NCBI GenBank assembly: GCA_963827655.1
Contig: CAWHCF010000023.1
Span: 64,001 to 128,000, forward strand
DNA: 64,000 nucleotides
Reading direction: 5' to 3'
Source of the DNA: an uncultured Acidobacteriota bacterium
GTDB lineage: Bacteria > Acidobacteriota > UBA6911
Of this stretch, positions 19,108 to 30,627 are shown in pieces (the stretch's first letter is position 1; every line of letters begins with the position of its first letter). The position numbers were made by a program, and so were the translations under genes. The notes below the pieces were generated by a model that ran no database searches, was not told the DNA's origin, and saw only the letters and a program-made list of their open reading frames with translations.

Positions 19108-19353
19108 CCGGGAGTTTCTGAAGCCTTATGTGCAAGTGCGACGCCTTAGACGCTCAGGTTTGTTGTCCCGGCCCCACAGAAGGCTGTGAAAGTGCGGGTC
19201 ATTAGATGACCGGATGCAAGAACTTTCCGAAGCCTTATTGGCGACGGATCAATCAGAGACGCTGTTGCAAAACTCAGCCGCGACCCGGCCGACGGGCTTG
19301 ATAGCCCGTCCGCACATGGTCGGTGGTTTTTGCACCCCGCTGAGGGTTGACTC

Positions 19354-20318
19354 GTGACCAAGATGCTCTCGACTCTGATCCTGCTACTCGCAGGCCTGTG
19401 TGTCTCGTCATTCGGCCAGACAGAAGGTCCTCAACCAATCCACAGCGTGCCGTCGCGGTAACCTTCGACGACCTCCCTTACGTCGCTGCCGGCCGCGATC
19501 CTTATCTGCCGCACGCACAGCGAGCGACAAGCCAGATCCTGCGTGTGCTGAAATCGCATCGCGCTCCGGCCATAGGGTTCGTCAACGAAAACAAGCTGCA
19601 CGCGCCAGGCGAACTCGACCGTCGCGTCGCGCTACTGCAACAATGGATTGATGCCGGGATGATACTGGGCAATCACACTTATTCGCACCCCGATTTCAAC
19701 CGGGTGACGGTTCAAGAATTTCAAGACGAAATCATCAAGGGCGAAATCATCACGCGGCGCCTGATGCATGCGCGCCAGCCATACACCCTCTATTTTCGTC
19801 ACCCGATGACGCACACCGGCGATACAAAGGAAAAAAAGGAAGCCATCGAACAATTCCTCGCCGCGCGAAGCTATCGCGTCGCACCGCACACAATCGAGAA
19901 CAGCGACTTCGTCTTTAATGTTGGTTATGTTCGAGCGCTGGCGGCGAAGGACGAAGCAATGTCGCGGCGGCTGCGCGACACCTATCTCGGTCACACCATG
20001 GCCGTGACCGATTTCGCTGAAAAAATTTCGGTCACCATCTTTGGCCGTGAGGTAACCCAGACCTTGCTGCTCCACGTCAATGACATCACCGCTGACTGCC
20101 TCGATGAAATGCTCAACCGCTATGAATCTCGCGGCTACCGTTTTGTCACACTCGATGAGGCAATGGGTGATCCGGCCTATCAGACGAAAGACACCCTTGT
20201 CACCAAGTACGGGCCGTCATGGCTGTGGCGGTGGATGAAGAGCCTGGGAATGAACATCAGCCTCGCCGGCGATCCCGAGCCGCCGCCGTGGGTGATGGAT
20301 CTTTATAACCAGCGATGA
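19354..20318 (+). CDS. Polysaccharide deacetylase (CE4/NodB) family protein, probable frameshift after the signal peptide (~19435)
   Basis: VAVTFDDLP, GNHTYSH, YFRHP, LLLH; signal peptide MLSTLILLLAGLCVSSFG lies in a different frame. Confidence 0.85.
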
Positions 20319-20347
20319 AGTAGGCAGTAGGCAGGGCGCGGCTCGGA

Positions 20348-21307
20348 TCACTTCAACCACATAGAAAGATCACGCCCCAATAGTCCCGAGAGCCTGCGGA
20401 TATCGTCCCGGTAGAGGTCCACCAGGTAGGCCCTGTCTTTCGGGTCCATCGTAGTCGTTTCACGCCGGCTGAAACCCAGGACTCGAAGGACCTTTCGAAC
20501 GGGGTACGGAACCACCTCGCGCGCTTTCTTGAGGAAGCCTTGTCGCCGGAGAACGAAGCCGAGCGCCGAAAACCTCGGCAAGAGCGGTTCCATGTATTTC
20601 TTCGATACGTCGACCTGGAAATCCGCTGCTACGTTCAGGAAGCGAAAAATATCTTCGAACACCGCCAGGGTTTGGAGCTTGTATTCTTCATAAAGGTAAA
20701 TCCGAACCCGATCTGCAGTGAAAGTCTCCAGGTACCGCTGAACCTGTATGTGATATCGCCCATAGTCCAGGAAGGGATAAAGGATGCTGAAGCCTATGCC
20801 ATTCCGCCTGGCATCCAGCTCGACCAGTTCTCGAAAAGTGCTGCGCACCCACCCGCTCGCGAGGGCTTGAAGGTATTGAGAAAACGCCCTCTCGACCGGA
20901 TTTCTCAGGACCATAATGATTTTTGCCGCGGGGACACGCTGGCGGATATTCAAGGCTGCCGTTTCAGACCACAGATAACAAACACTGGCCTCGCCGATTG
21001 CCGTCTCGTTCTGGACATTCTTGAAGAGTTTGAGATAGTCCTCCCATTCCAGGACCAGCGCCGCCACTCCCTTCTCCTGCATAGGGCCATCGAGGTAGGC
21101 GCGCAGTTCACGCGGGTCGTGGCGTATGAGTGGCCGAGCTTCATGGCTGAGCAATTCGAGCCTGATGTCCGAGGCGAAAAAACTGGGCTCCTTGACCGGA
21201 CTCATATAGATCTCCGGGTGCTGGTCAAGGCAATGATAGAGCGAGGTTGTTCCGGATTTGGGCGCGCCGACAATAAAGAAGTTGGGCAAGGCTTGTCTGC
21301 TCTTCAT
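20348..21307 (-). CDS. Sulfotransferase
   Basis: PAPS-binding PNFFIVGAPKSGTTSL and LRNPVERAFSQY motifs. Confidence 0.92.
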   Translation of the reverse strand: MKSRQALPNFFIVGAPKSGTTSLYHCLDQHPEIYMSPVKEPSFFASDIRLELLSHEARPLIRHDPRELRAYLDGPMQEKGVAALVLEWEDYLKLFKNVQNETAIGEASVCYLWSETAALNIRQRVPAAKIIMVLRNPVERAFSQYLQALASGWVRSTFRELVELDARRNGIGFSILYPFLDYGRYHIQVQRYLETFTADRVRIYLYEEYKLQTLAVFEDIFRFLNVAADFQVDVSKKYMEPLLPRFSALGFVLRRQGFLKKAREVVPYPVRKVLRVLGFSRRETTTMDPKDRAYLVDLYRDDIRRLSGLLGRDLSMWLK

Positions 21308-21470
21308 GCCTCTCCGTTGAGCGCAAGAGCATTCGGGCTAGAATCGGGATTTGATTGTACGGGCAACGAGTCCAGGACGCGTTTCTTTGAAGCGCGCGCG
21401 AGCAAACGGCCTGCAAGCTGCCGCTTTAGTAATACGACGTTGATCGCTCGGCGTTTCCGTTTGGGTTCAT

Positions 21471-21548
21471 TGGAGTGCGGCAGCTCTGCTATCGCATTGG
21501 CTGTGCGAAGCTTGCTTCGCCTGGCGCAAGCAAGCTAGCGCGCTCCAC
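21471..21548. repeat. REP-like palindromic element
   Basis: TGGAGTGCG...CGCGCTCCA termini; internal AGCTTGCTT...AAGCAAGCT. Confidence 0.55.
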
Positions 21549-21581
21549 GGGGGCCGCCTGGTTCCGCGTATAATAGCCGTC

Positions 21582-23123
21582 ATGCGCCTCGCCGGTCTGG
21601 TGGAAGTGGTCAGCAAGATTCGGTCCACCACAAAAAAGACGGAGAAGGTTGCCCTGCTTGCTGACTTTATTCGCCAGACTCAGGGCGACGAGACGGAACT
21701 GGCGGCACTCTATCTGTCGGGCGTGCTGCGGCAAGGCAAGATCGGCGCCGGCTGGCGCATGATCCAAGGCGCCATGGTCGAAGGTCCGCCTGCCGGAGAG
21801 ACGTTGACATTGACGGAAGCAGACCGCGCCTTCGATGTAATAGCGGCAGAACAAGGCCCTGGCTCGACCGAGCGGAAAATCGGCGCACTGCGCAGGCTCT
21901 TCGAATCGGTCAGCCCCGACGAACGCCGTTTTCTCGCGCAACTGGTGATGGGTGAAATACGGCAAGGCGCGCTCGAAGGCCTGGTGCTCGATGCCATCGC
22001 CAAGGCTTCTACCATTCCTTCCAGCCAGGTGCGCCAGGCGATGATGTTCTCCGGCAACATCGGCGAGGTAGCCCGCGCTGCATTGCACGAAGGAACGGCT
22101 GGACTCTCCCGGTTTTCACTGCGGCTCTTTACGCCCGTCGCGCCCATGCTCGCCCACAGCGCCGAAGATGTGGCGGAGAGCCTTTCGCGCCTGGGGGGAG
22201 CGGCGTTCGAATTCAAGTTCGATGGCGCGCGCATCCAGGTGCATAAGAGCGCGGACGACATTCGGATCTTCACGCGGCAGCTCCAGGACGTGACTGGGCG
22301 CTTGCCGGAGGTAGTGGAGTGGGCGCGGGCCTGGCCGATCCGGGAGGCCGTTCTGGAAGGCGAAGCGATCGCTCTGCGGCCGGATGGACGACCTCTTCCA
22401 TTTCAGATTACGATGCGGCGGCTCGGCCGAATCAGGGACGTGGAGGCGGTCCGCCGCGAGATTCCGCTGTCCTCTTTCTTCTTTGATTGCCTGCACCTGG
22501 AAGGCGACGGCCCCTTGATAGCAAGGCCCTATCACAAACGCATGCAGGTCTTGACCGCAATCGTGCCGCCGGCTGCCCAAGCCCCGCGAATTGTAACCAG
22601 CCGGCAGGATGAGGCTGAAAGCTTTCTCCAGAAGGCGCTCGCTGCAGGGCATGAAGGATTGATGGCCAAGTCGCTTGACGCACCTTATGTCGCAGGCCAG
22701 CGTGGTTTTCACTGGCTCAAGCTGAAAGCGGCTACGACACTGGATCTCGTGGTGCTCGCGGCGGAATGGGGACACGGGCGGCGCTCCGGTTGGCTCTCGA
22801 ACCTTCATCTCGGCGCGCGAGATCCGGAGAGCGGGAAGTTTGTGATGCTCGGAAAAACTTTTAAAGGCCTCACCGACGAAATGCTTCGGTGGCAAACAGC
22901 GAAACTCTCTTCTCTGGAAACGAGCCGCGATAATTGGACGGTCTACGTACGACCGGAATTGGTGGTTGAGGTCGCGTTCAGCGACATCCAGGAGTCGCCA
23001 CGCTATCCGGCCGGCCTGGCGCTCCGCTTCGCGCGTGTCAAGCGCCACCGGCCCGATAAGACCGGCGGCGAAGCCGATACCATCCAGACCGTCATGGCGC
23101 TGTTCCAGAAACAACGGGAATAA
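21582..23123 (+). CDS. ATP-dependent DNA ligase
   Basis: EFKFDGARIQVH (KxDG), EGLMAK, WLKLK, LRFAR. Confidence 0.95.
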   Translation: MRLAGLVEVVSKIRSTTKKTEKVALLADFIRQTQGDETELAALYLSGVLRQGKIGAGWRMIQGAMVEGPPAGETLTLTEADRAFDVIAAEQGPGSTERKIGALRRLFESVSPDERRFLAQLVMGEIRQGALEGLVLDAIAKASTIPSSQVRQAMMFSGNIGEVARAALHEGTAGLSRFSLRLFTPVAPMLAHSAEDVAESLSRLGGAAFEFKFDGARIQVHKSADDIRIFTRQLQDVTGRLPEVVEWARAWPIREAVLEGEAIALRPDGRPLPFQITMRRLGRIRDVEAVRREIPLSSFFFDCLHLEGDGPLIARPYHKRMQVLTAIVPPAAQAPRIVTSRQDEAESFLQKALAAGHEGLMAKSLDAPYVAGQRGFHWLKLKAATTLDLVVLAAEWGHGRRSGWLSNLHLGARDPESGKFVMLGKTFKGLTDEMLRWQTAKLSSLETSRDNWTVYVRPELVVEVAFSDIQESPRYPAGLALRFARVKRHRPDKTGGEADTIQTVMALFQKQRE

Positions 23124-23163
23124 ACCCTTTGCGCCTCCGTCCTGGAGCTGCGAGTTTCTCGGA

Positions 23164-24150
23164 TTAAAATGTTTGAGAGAGGAAGGCGAGCGATTCCGGA
23201 AGATGCGAGGCTACCAGAGCCCAGCCATGGGGCTCACCCGGATACTCCTTGAACGAATGCGCCACACTCGCCTCTGTCAGGGCCCGATCGAGCGCTTTCA
23301 CGCCCTGGTCCAGGCGAATGCTCTGGTTGTAACGATCCCCGGTCCCGTAATCGAAGTGGATCTTCAGCTTTTCCAGCTTGCCGCTCCTGGCCAGGAGCAA
23401 AGGATTGTTAGCGTCCCAAAGCTCCTGCCGGATCGGGTCCCCAAACAGAGGCCGCAGGATGTTCACGAAAAACTGGTAGTAGCGCGACCCCTTCATCTCG
23501 TCTGGAACATCCAGGGGGTTCTTGCCTAGAAAAATAATGGGCGAATGCCCGACCGTGGCGGCATAGCGATCGGGAAACTTCATCGCGATCTTCAGCGCGC
23601 CGAACCCACCCATGGAAGTCCCCCCTATGGCGCGGTTCTCACGCCCTCTTTTCGCGCGATAGCCTGATTCAACGTAATCGACCAGCTCCTGGGTCACGAA
23701 ATCTTCGTATCTCTTGCTGCCGTCGGCGTAGTTGCAATAGAAGCTGTTGTCTGCCTTGGGATGCACCATGATGATCTCGGGCAATTTCTTGGCCAGGATC
23801 ATTTCTTCCAGCTTGTTCTGGAGGTTGCCGTACCGGTCGACGGTCCAGCTGGTGTGATCGTTGTTCAATCCGTGAAGGAAGTAGATCACAGGATAGGTTC
23901 GCGAGGATTCCTTTGAATAGGACGGCGGCAGAAAAATGCTATAGGGTTGATTCGTGCCCAGCAACTGCGAGTTCATCGACTTGAATTCGACCACCGATCC
24001 GCCCGGCAGCGGAATCGATGCCAGCTCCCCTCTTCTCCGCTCTTCGCCGAACTGCGCCTGGACTGGCCGCAACAGTTGCAGGGAAGCTATGGCTACCAGG
24101 ACAAGAACGGATGCCTTGGCAATATTTCGGTCACGGCTCGCGCTAGTCAT
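23164..24150 (-). CDS. Secreted esterase (alpha/beta hydrolase, FrmB/CE1-like)
   Basis: YPVIYFLHG, GTSMGGFG, PHGW; AAGGAG SD. Confidence 0.88.
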   Translation of the reverse strand: MTSASRDRNIAKASVLVLVAIASLQLLRPVQAQFGEERRRGELASIPLPGGSVVEFKSMNSQLLGTNQPYSIFLPPSYSKESSRTYPVIYFLHGLNNDHTSWTVDRYGNLQNKLEEMILAKKLPEIIMVHPKADNSFYCNYADGSKRYEDFVTQELVDYVESGYRAKRGRENRAIGGTSMGGFGALKIAMKFPDRYAATVGHSPIIFLGKNPLDVPDEMKGSRYYQFFVNILRPLFGDPIRQELWDANNPLLLARSGKLEKLKIHFDYGTGDRYNQSIRLDQGVKALDRALTEASVAHSFKEYPGEPHGWALVASHLPESLAFLSQTF

Positions 24151-24280
24151 CAAATGTTCTCCTTGGAACAACAATCGACTGCCGGCAAAGGCGCAACTGC
24201 TCAATCTTTGGGTGCCCAGTATAGACCAAAGGTCACCGCCAATCACTTTCTCTGACCGCCATTGAGCGGCGCGCCGCCTA

Positions 24281-25312
24281 CTACCTCTTGAAATTCGCGA
24301 TGATTGCCCGCGCGACTTCGTCGGTCGTAGCCTTACCGCCCAGGTCCGGGGTAAGGGTTTTCCCCTCGCGCAAGACTTGCCGCACCGAACGGTCGATTCG
24401 GGCTGCCATCTTGCTCAGTTTCACGAACTCCAGCATCAAAATGGCCGAGCGCAGCAAAGCAATCGGGTTGGCGATTCCCTTCCCGGCGATGTCCGGGGCG
24501 GTCCCATGCACGGCCTCGAATATGCCGCAACCGTCACCATAGTTAACCCCGGGTACGACTCCCAGGCCCCCAACCAGGCCTGCTGCCAGATCCGACATGA
24601 TGTCACCATAAAGATTCTCGAGCAGCATGACATCGAAGTGCTCCGGCCGCGAGATGAGCTGCATGCAAGCGTTATCGACGATGTATTCGTCGCACTTGAT
24701 TCCAGGATAGTGGCCGGCCACATCACGGCAGGCCTGCAGGAAGAGACCGTCGCTCATTTTCATGATGTTCGCCTTGTGAATTACCGTTATCTTCTCGCGC
24801 CGCGCGCGCCGGGCAAATTTGAAGGCGAAATGGGCGATCCGCTCGGTGGCTTTTCGAGTGATGATCTTGAGGCTCTCCACCACTCCTGGAACGACCTCGT
24901 GCTCTATTCCCGAATAGAGCCCTTCGGTATTCTCTCGTATGACGACGAGGTCCAACCCGCTCCATTTTGAGGGAATCCCTTCCAGGCTCTGAATCGGACG
25001 AAAGTTGGCATAAAGGTTGAAGTGCTGGCGCAGGGTGACGTTTACACTCTTGTAGCCTGTGCCGATCGGTGTTTTCAACGGACCCTTGAGCGCGACACGG
25101 CTTCGCGTGATGGATTCGATCAGATCGGGAGGGAGCGGAGTGCCCAACTTTTCCAGAGCGGCATCGCCGGCGAGAACGGTTTCCCACTTCGGGCGAAACC
25201 CAGCCGCCTCGAGGACCTTGACCACGGCTCGGGTTATTTCGACGCCGATCCCATCTCCGGGAATCAAGGTGACTACCGAACCGAGCCGAGCCTTAGCCTT
25301 GCGATTCTTCAA
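24281..25312 (-). CDS. Isocitrate/isopropylmalate dehydrogenase family (NAD-IDH-like)
   Basis: IPGDGIG, RENTEGLY, HKANIMK, NLYGDIMSDL, FEAVHGTAPDIAGKG. Confidence 0.93.
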   Translation of the reverse strand: MKNRKAKARLGSVVTLIPGDGIGVEITRAVVKVLEAAGFRPKWETVLAGDAALEKLGTPLPPDLIESITRSRVALKGPLKTPIGTGYKSVNVTLRQHFNLYANFRPIQSLEGIPSKWSGLDLVVIRENTEGLYSGIEHEVVPGVVESLKIITRKATERIAHFAFKFARRARREKITVIHKANIMKMSDGLFLQACRDVAGHYPGIKCDEYIVDNACMQLISRPEHFDVMLLENLYGDIMSDLAAGLVGGLGVVPGVNYGDGCGIFEAVHGTAPDIAGKGIANPIALLRSAILMLEFVKLSKMAARIDRSVRQVLREGKTLTPDLGGKATTDEVARAIIANFKR

Positions 25313-25622
25313 GGTTCCCCTCCAGATCTACTTCAATGCGAATGGTTCCGCCGGGGTCGATGTCCTTGAGATGCTGTATCATTCCCCGGATCGTATCGCG
25401 GACCATAATCTCGGCAAAACCCTGACTCTTGTCGAGCGGGACCGGAGTCTGATCAACTCTAAGCTCTATCAGATCTCCCTTCAGAATAAAATCTATATGG
25501 CTGGTGAAGCGCGGAGTCTTGAGGGAACTTACGATGGCCTGGCAAACATTCGCCGTGAATTTAGAGACAAAGGGCTTCACCTCGGTCTCGGACCCATTGC
25601 AATAGAGGCGCACGCGCGTCAT
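25293..25622 (-). CDS. Small hypothetical protein with two similar halves, overlapping the IDH start
   Basis: 109-aa ORF; extended -10 (TGgTAGAAT) 6 nt before ATG. Confidence 0.7.
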   Translation of the reverse strand: MTRVRLYCNGSETEVKPFVSKFTANVCQAIVSSLKTPRFTSHIDFILKGDLIELRVDQTPVPLDKSQGFAEIMVRDTIRGMIQHLKDIDPGGTIRIEVDLEGNLEESQG

Positions 25623-25674
25623 CGCGCTATTCTACCAGAGTGCACAGGCACTTTCGTGCCCCCTCGATCAGGCG

Positions 25675-26622
25675 CATCCGCTGGGCAAGTTCAGTGTCAG
25701 TCATTTCGCGCGTCTTGCAATTGGAACCGAGAGTATCGGGTTGCGCTATGTCGTCGATATGGCGGAGATTTCCACGTTTCAAGAATTGGAAAGAATTGAT
25801 ACGGATGGCGACAGGTCTTTTTCAAAAGCCGAATACGACGCTTACTCCGAGGTCGTGGGAAGGCAATTCGCAGACAATCTATGGAATACTGTTGACGGCT
25901 CGCGCGTGCCGTTGCGAGTAAGCGCGAGGAAAGTCAGCGTGCCGCGCGGCGATGGCGGACTGCCGATCCTGCGCATCGAGTGCGATTTCACGGGCGATTT
26001 TCCTCGGTCCGGCTCTGGCACGGCCCGCCGGCTACGCCTGGAAGATACGAACAGACCCGATCGCAGCGGCTGGCGTGAGTTGGTGGTAAAGCCGGAGGCC
26101 GGCGTCACGGTTTTTGATAGTACGGCTTTTGGTAATGGAATCACGGACGAGCTGAAAGCTTATCCGCAAGACGGGGTTTCCGCGCCGCTTAACAAAAGGA
26201 CCGCGGAGATGTCGTTTACTGGAGGGGAAATTCCGTCGGGCGTTGCGCCGCCCCGCATGCGGGACAGCCGTCCAGTCGAGACGAAAGAGCGCGACCGTCT
26301 GGCTGAGCTGATTGGAGTCCGCGACCTGACGTGGCCGAGAGCGCTGTTTGGATTGTTGATTGCTGCGATGCTGGGGGGCCTGCATGCGCTCTCGCCAGGA
26401 CATGGCAAGGCCGTGGTCGGCGCCTATCTGGTCGGGTCGCGCGGCACTCCGAAACACGCAGCTTTCCTCGGCCTGACGGTGACCGTTACGCATACAGCAG
26501 GCGTCTTCGCCCTGGGACTGGTTACGCTGCTCGGATCACACTACGTAGCGCCGATCGTCGTTCGAGCAGCTACTCCGACTGATGAATCGGACCCCTCGAT
26601 TGCCATCGCGGCTCCACTCTAA
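25675..26622 (+). pseudogene. Truncated Ni/Co transporter (RcnA/HoxN-NiCoT-like with periplasmic N-domain)
   Basis: HPLGKFSVSH mature N-terminus without start codon or signal; LHALSPGHGK and THTAGV motifs; stops after ~2 TM helices. Confidence 0.75.
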
Positions 26623-26634
26623 TATTCTCGTCGA

Positions 26635-26697
26635 CTCGACTCTGTTCAGGCTTTTTTATTGAACAGGCAACTTCAAAAAAGACTGAACAAAATCGAG
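26635..26697. promoter_or_regulatory. Long imperfect palindrome upstream of the TonB receptor
   Basis: CTCGACTCTGTTCAGGCTTTTTT...AAAAAAGACTGAACAAAATCGAG. Confidence 0.55.
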
Positions 26698-26725
26698 CCC
26701 CCGGGGATGTATCTCAGGGATTCGC

Positions 26726-29497
26726 ATGCATCGTAACAGCCGTTGCCTCATGGGATCAACGCTTCCACGTGCTTTGACCCTGTTGTGCTTCGCCTGGACC
26801 ATTTCGGCGTTGCCGGTGTTCGGCCAGCGTTCCGCAGGTGAGGTTCGCCTGGAAGTAAAGGACCCGTCCGGAGCGGCCGTGGAGGCCAGCGGGACGCTGG
26901 AGAACCTGGCGGTGGGAGCGAACCAACCATTTCAGACAGACGCTGAGGGCCGGCATGTGTTCAGAAACCTGGTTTATGGCCGTTACCGGTTGCAAGTCTC
27001 GAGGGCCGGATTCGCCACACAATACCTTTCTTTGAACGTGCAGTCTGATGAACCCGTCTTGAGCACCGTTGTGCTCGCGTTATCAGCACCGGCCTTCCAG
27101 GTCGACGTCGCGGGAACTACGCCGCTTCCCGGTGTGGATCGCTCGCTCGATGAGATCCCCGCTCCGGTCCAGGCCGCGACCGCCAGCGATATAGAGCAGA
27201 GCGGAGCACTCGATCTCTCTGATTTTCTGAACCGGCGTATGAACGGCGTGTACCTGAATGAAGTGCAGGGAAACCCGATTCAGCCGGATTTGAACTATCG
27301 TGGATACACGGCTTCTCCACTGCTCGGAACACCCCAGGGCATTTCGGTATACATGGACGGAGTGCGTCTGAACCAGCCCTTTGGTGATGTGGTAAGCTGG
27401 GATCTGATCCCGCGCATCGCCATCTCGGAAACCACGCTGATCCCGGGGTCGAGCCCGTTGTTCGGGTTGAACACCCTGGGCGCCGCGATCTCAATCCAGA
27501 CCAAGGACGGCCGGAGCCATACGGGTACCTCGCTGGAGCTGAGCGGCGGGAGTTTCGGGCGCGGGGCGGCGGAGTTTGAGCACGGCGGTTTGAACTCGAA
27601 AGGATTGAACTGGTACCTGGCGGGGAATCTTCTGTTCGAAGACGGATGGCGTGAATCCTCGCCTTCGAACGTCCGCCAGTTCTTTGGCAACGTCGGCTGG
27701 CAAGACTCCAAAACTGTCCTGGGCCTGACCGTGGGGTACGCGAACAACTCGCTGATAGGTAATGGACTTCAGGAACAGCGCTTCCTCGCCGGTGACTACA
27801 GTAGTGTGTATACCAAGCCGGACAATACCGCCAACCTGGCTCCCTTCGTCAATCTCAGAGTTGCGTCACAGCCCGAGCAGCAGATTGACGTTCTCGAGTA
27901 ATGTTTATTATCGCTATATCCGCACCAACACGTTGAACGGCGACATAAACGAGGACTCGCTGGATCAGGCGGTTTACCAGCCAAACGCCGAGGAACGCGC
28001 CGCCCTGACGGCGGCAGGATACACGGGGTTTCCCGTCGCCGGCGAAAATGCCGCCAACACGCCCTTCCCATTCTGGCGCTGCATCGCACAATCCCTGCTG
28101 CGTGATGAACCGGCGGAGAAATGCAATGGCCTTCTGAATCGCTCCAACACGAAGCAGCAAAACTTCGGCTTCTCGGGACAGATGAGCTGGTTTGGCCCGC
28201 TGGGCGGCAAACCCCATCAATTCACGGCGGGTGCGGCTTACGATCGGAGCACGGTGGATTTCGTTCAGTCGTTGCAGCTGGGCTATCTGAATCCCGACCG
28301 CAGCGTCACGGGTGTGGCCTCGTTCGCCGATGGCGTTACCGGCGGCGATGAAGACGGAGTGCCGTTCGACACGCGGGTCGATCTGGGCGGGGAGATTGAT
28401 ACCGGGAGCGTGTACGCCACCGATACGCTTTCCTACCGCAATGCCTGGAATGTTGTGCTGTCCGGGCGGTACAATCGCAGCTCGATTCAGAATCGCGACC
28501 GCATCCGGCCCCTTGCCGGTACGGGTTCGCTCACCGGTGATCACGTGTTCGAGAGATTCAACCCCGACGCAGGAGTGACTTTCAGAGGGGCGGACTGGTT
28601 CAACCTCTTTGCGAGATACAGTGAGGGCAGCCGCGCGCCCAGCTCCATCGAGCTCGGCTGTGCCGATCCGGAACAGCCGTGCAAGCTTCCCAACGCCATG
28701 GCGGGCGACCCTCCTCTCGATCAGGTGGTTACCAGGACCGTTGAATCGGGTGTGCGAGGCGGACTGGAACGGAATCTGAGATGGAACTTCGCGTGGTTCC
28801 GCTCGGATAACCGCAAGGATATTCTCTTCGTGACGTCAGAACAGAGCGGCTTCGGTTACTTCAAGAACATCTCCAAGACGCTCCGGCAAGGATTCCAGGT
28901 CGACATTAACAGCCGCATATCGCGGGTCAATTTTGGAGGCGGGTACACGTTTCTCGATGCAACGTTCCAGAGCGAAGAACAGGTCAACGGAACGGGGAAC
29001 AGCACTAATGAAGAAGCCGAAGACGGCATCCCGGGCGTCGAGGGCACGATCGAGATCGAGCCGGGCAATCGGATTCCACTCAGCCCCCGGCACATGTTCA
29101 AGGCCTACGCCGATATCGAAGTCGCCTCAAAATTGCTGGTTGACTGGGGCCTGGTCGCCAGCTCGAGTTCTTATGCCCGCGGCAATGAAAACAATTTGCA
29201 TCAAGCCGACGGCACCTACTATCTTGGGCCGGGAACATCACCCGGCTATGCCATAGTCAACCTGGGAGCGCGTTACCAGGTGCACAGGCGGCTGGACCTG
29301 TTCGTCCGAATCAATAATTTGTTTGATCGGCAATACGACACGGCCGCACAACTCGGTCCGACCGGATTTACAGATACAGGCAATTTCATTGCGCGCCCTT
29401 CCCGGCGGTCAATGGAGAATTCCCGGTCCAGCAAGCGACCTTTTTCGCGCCGGGCGCGCCCAGGGGCGCCTGGGGTGGAATCAGACTCCGGTTCTGA
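26726..29497 (+). CDS. TonB-dependent receptor, LutH-like (frameshifts ~27860, ~29400)
   Basis: Plug [44 protein letters not shown]; ELGCADP..PCKLPN; corrected C-terminus [14 protein letters not shown]. Confidence 0.85.
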
Positions 29498-29526
29498 CCG
29501 TCAGGTTGAGGCTCGAGGCAAACCAT

Positions 29527-30612
29527 ATGGCAAAGACCACGCTGTTTTCACTCATCTCGTTTGTCGCTTTCCTGTCGGGTTGCGGTACGGCGACAGTGAC
29601 CAAAGAGACGGCCAAGGCGCCGAAGCCGGAAGGCATGTACCGCATATACGTCACAAACGAGTCCTCAGGTGATCTGAGCATCATCGATTCAGCGCGAGCA
29701 TGAGGTCATCGCCACGGTAAAGCTGGGAAAACGTCCCCGGGGCATTCACGCCAGCCCGGACGGGAAGACGATTTACGTCGCGTTGAGCGGGTCCCCATGG
29801 CTCCGCCCGGCGTTGACGAAAGTAAACTCCCGCCGCCCGATCGCAGCGCCGACGGGGTCGGCGTTTTCGATGTGGAAACCCACCGGCTGGTACGGGTCAT
29901 CGCGTCGGGGAACGACCCGGAGGAGTTCGACCTGAGCAAGGACGGCAAGCTGCTCTATGTATCCAACGAGGACGCTGCCAAGCGTCAGCATTGTCGATTC
30001 GCGGCGGGCAGGGTGATCCATGAACTGCCGGTCGGCGAGGAGCCGGAAGGAGTGACGACGAGCCCGGACGGCAAGTTCGTGTACGTAACCTCCGAGGACG
30101 ATGGCGCGATCTTAGTTATTGACACGGCTGCCGCCAAGGTGGTCAAGAGCTTCAAGGTAGGGTTGCGTCCGCGCGACGTGGCGTTCCTGCCCAATGGGAC
30201 CAAAGCCTACGTGACCCGGGAGAATGACGGGAAGGTAGGTGTGATCGATGCGGTGAAACATGCACCCATGGGCGAAATCGAGTTGGCCGCCACTGGAGAT
30301 AACGCCAAATCCCCAGGGGTTGAGATCAAGCCGATGGCAGTGACGCTGTCACCCGATGGCACAAAAGCCTACGTCAGCACCGGCCGCGGGAAGAGAGTCT
30401 TTGTCGTTGATACCGCTCGGGACAAGATCCTCTCGTCGTTCGAAGTCGGCCAGCGGCCCTGGGGCATCGGAGTCTCTCCGGACGGCAAAATGCTCTATAG
30501 CGCCAATGGGCCGAGCAATGACGTCTCCGTGGTAGACCTCGCAACAGAGCGGGTAATAAAGAAGATCAAAGTCTCCGATCGGCCGTGGGGCATACTCGTG
30601 TTGGCTCGGTGA
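29527..30612 (+). CDS. YVTN/YncE beta-propeller lipoprotein, PQQ-catabolism-associated type (several frameshifts)
   Basis: Lipobox LSGC; [40 protein letters not shown] repeats. Confidence 0.8.
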
Positions 30613-30627
30613 GACGCATCGGACCTA

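Noticed and set aside
21582-23123. Prophage or NHEJ module around the ATP-dependent ligase
   Set aside because: No phage genes, Ku, or LigD polymerase/phosphoesterase domains nearby.
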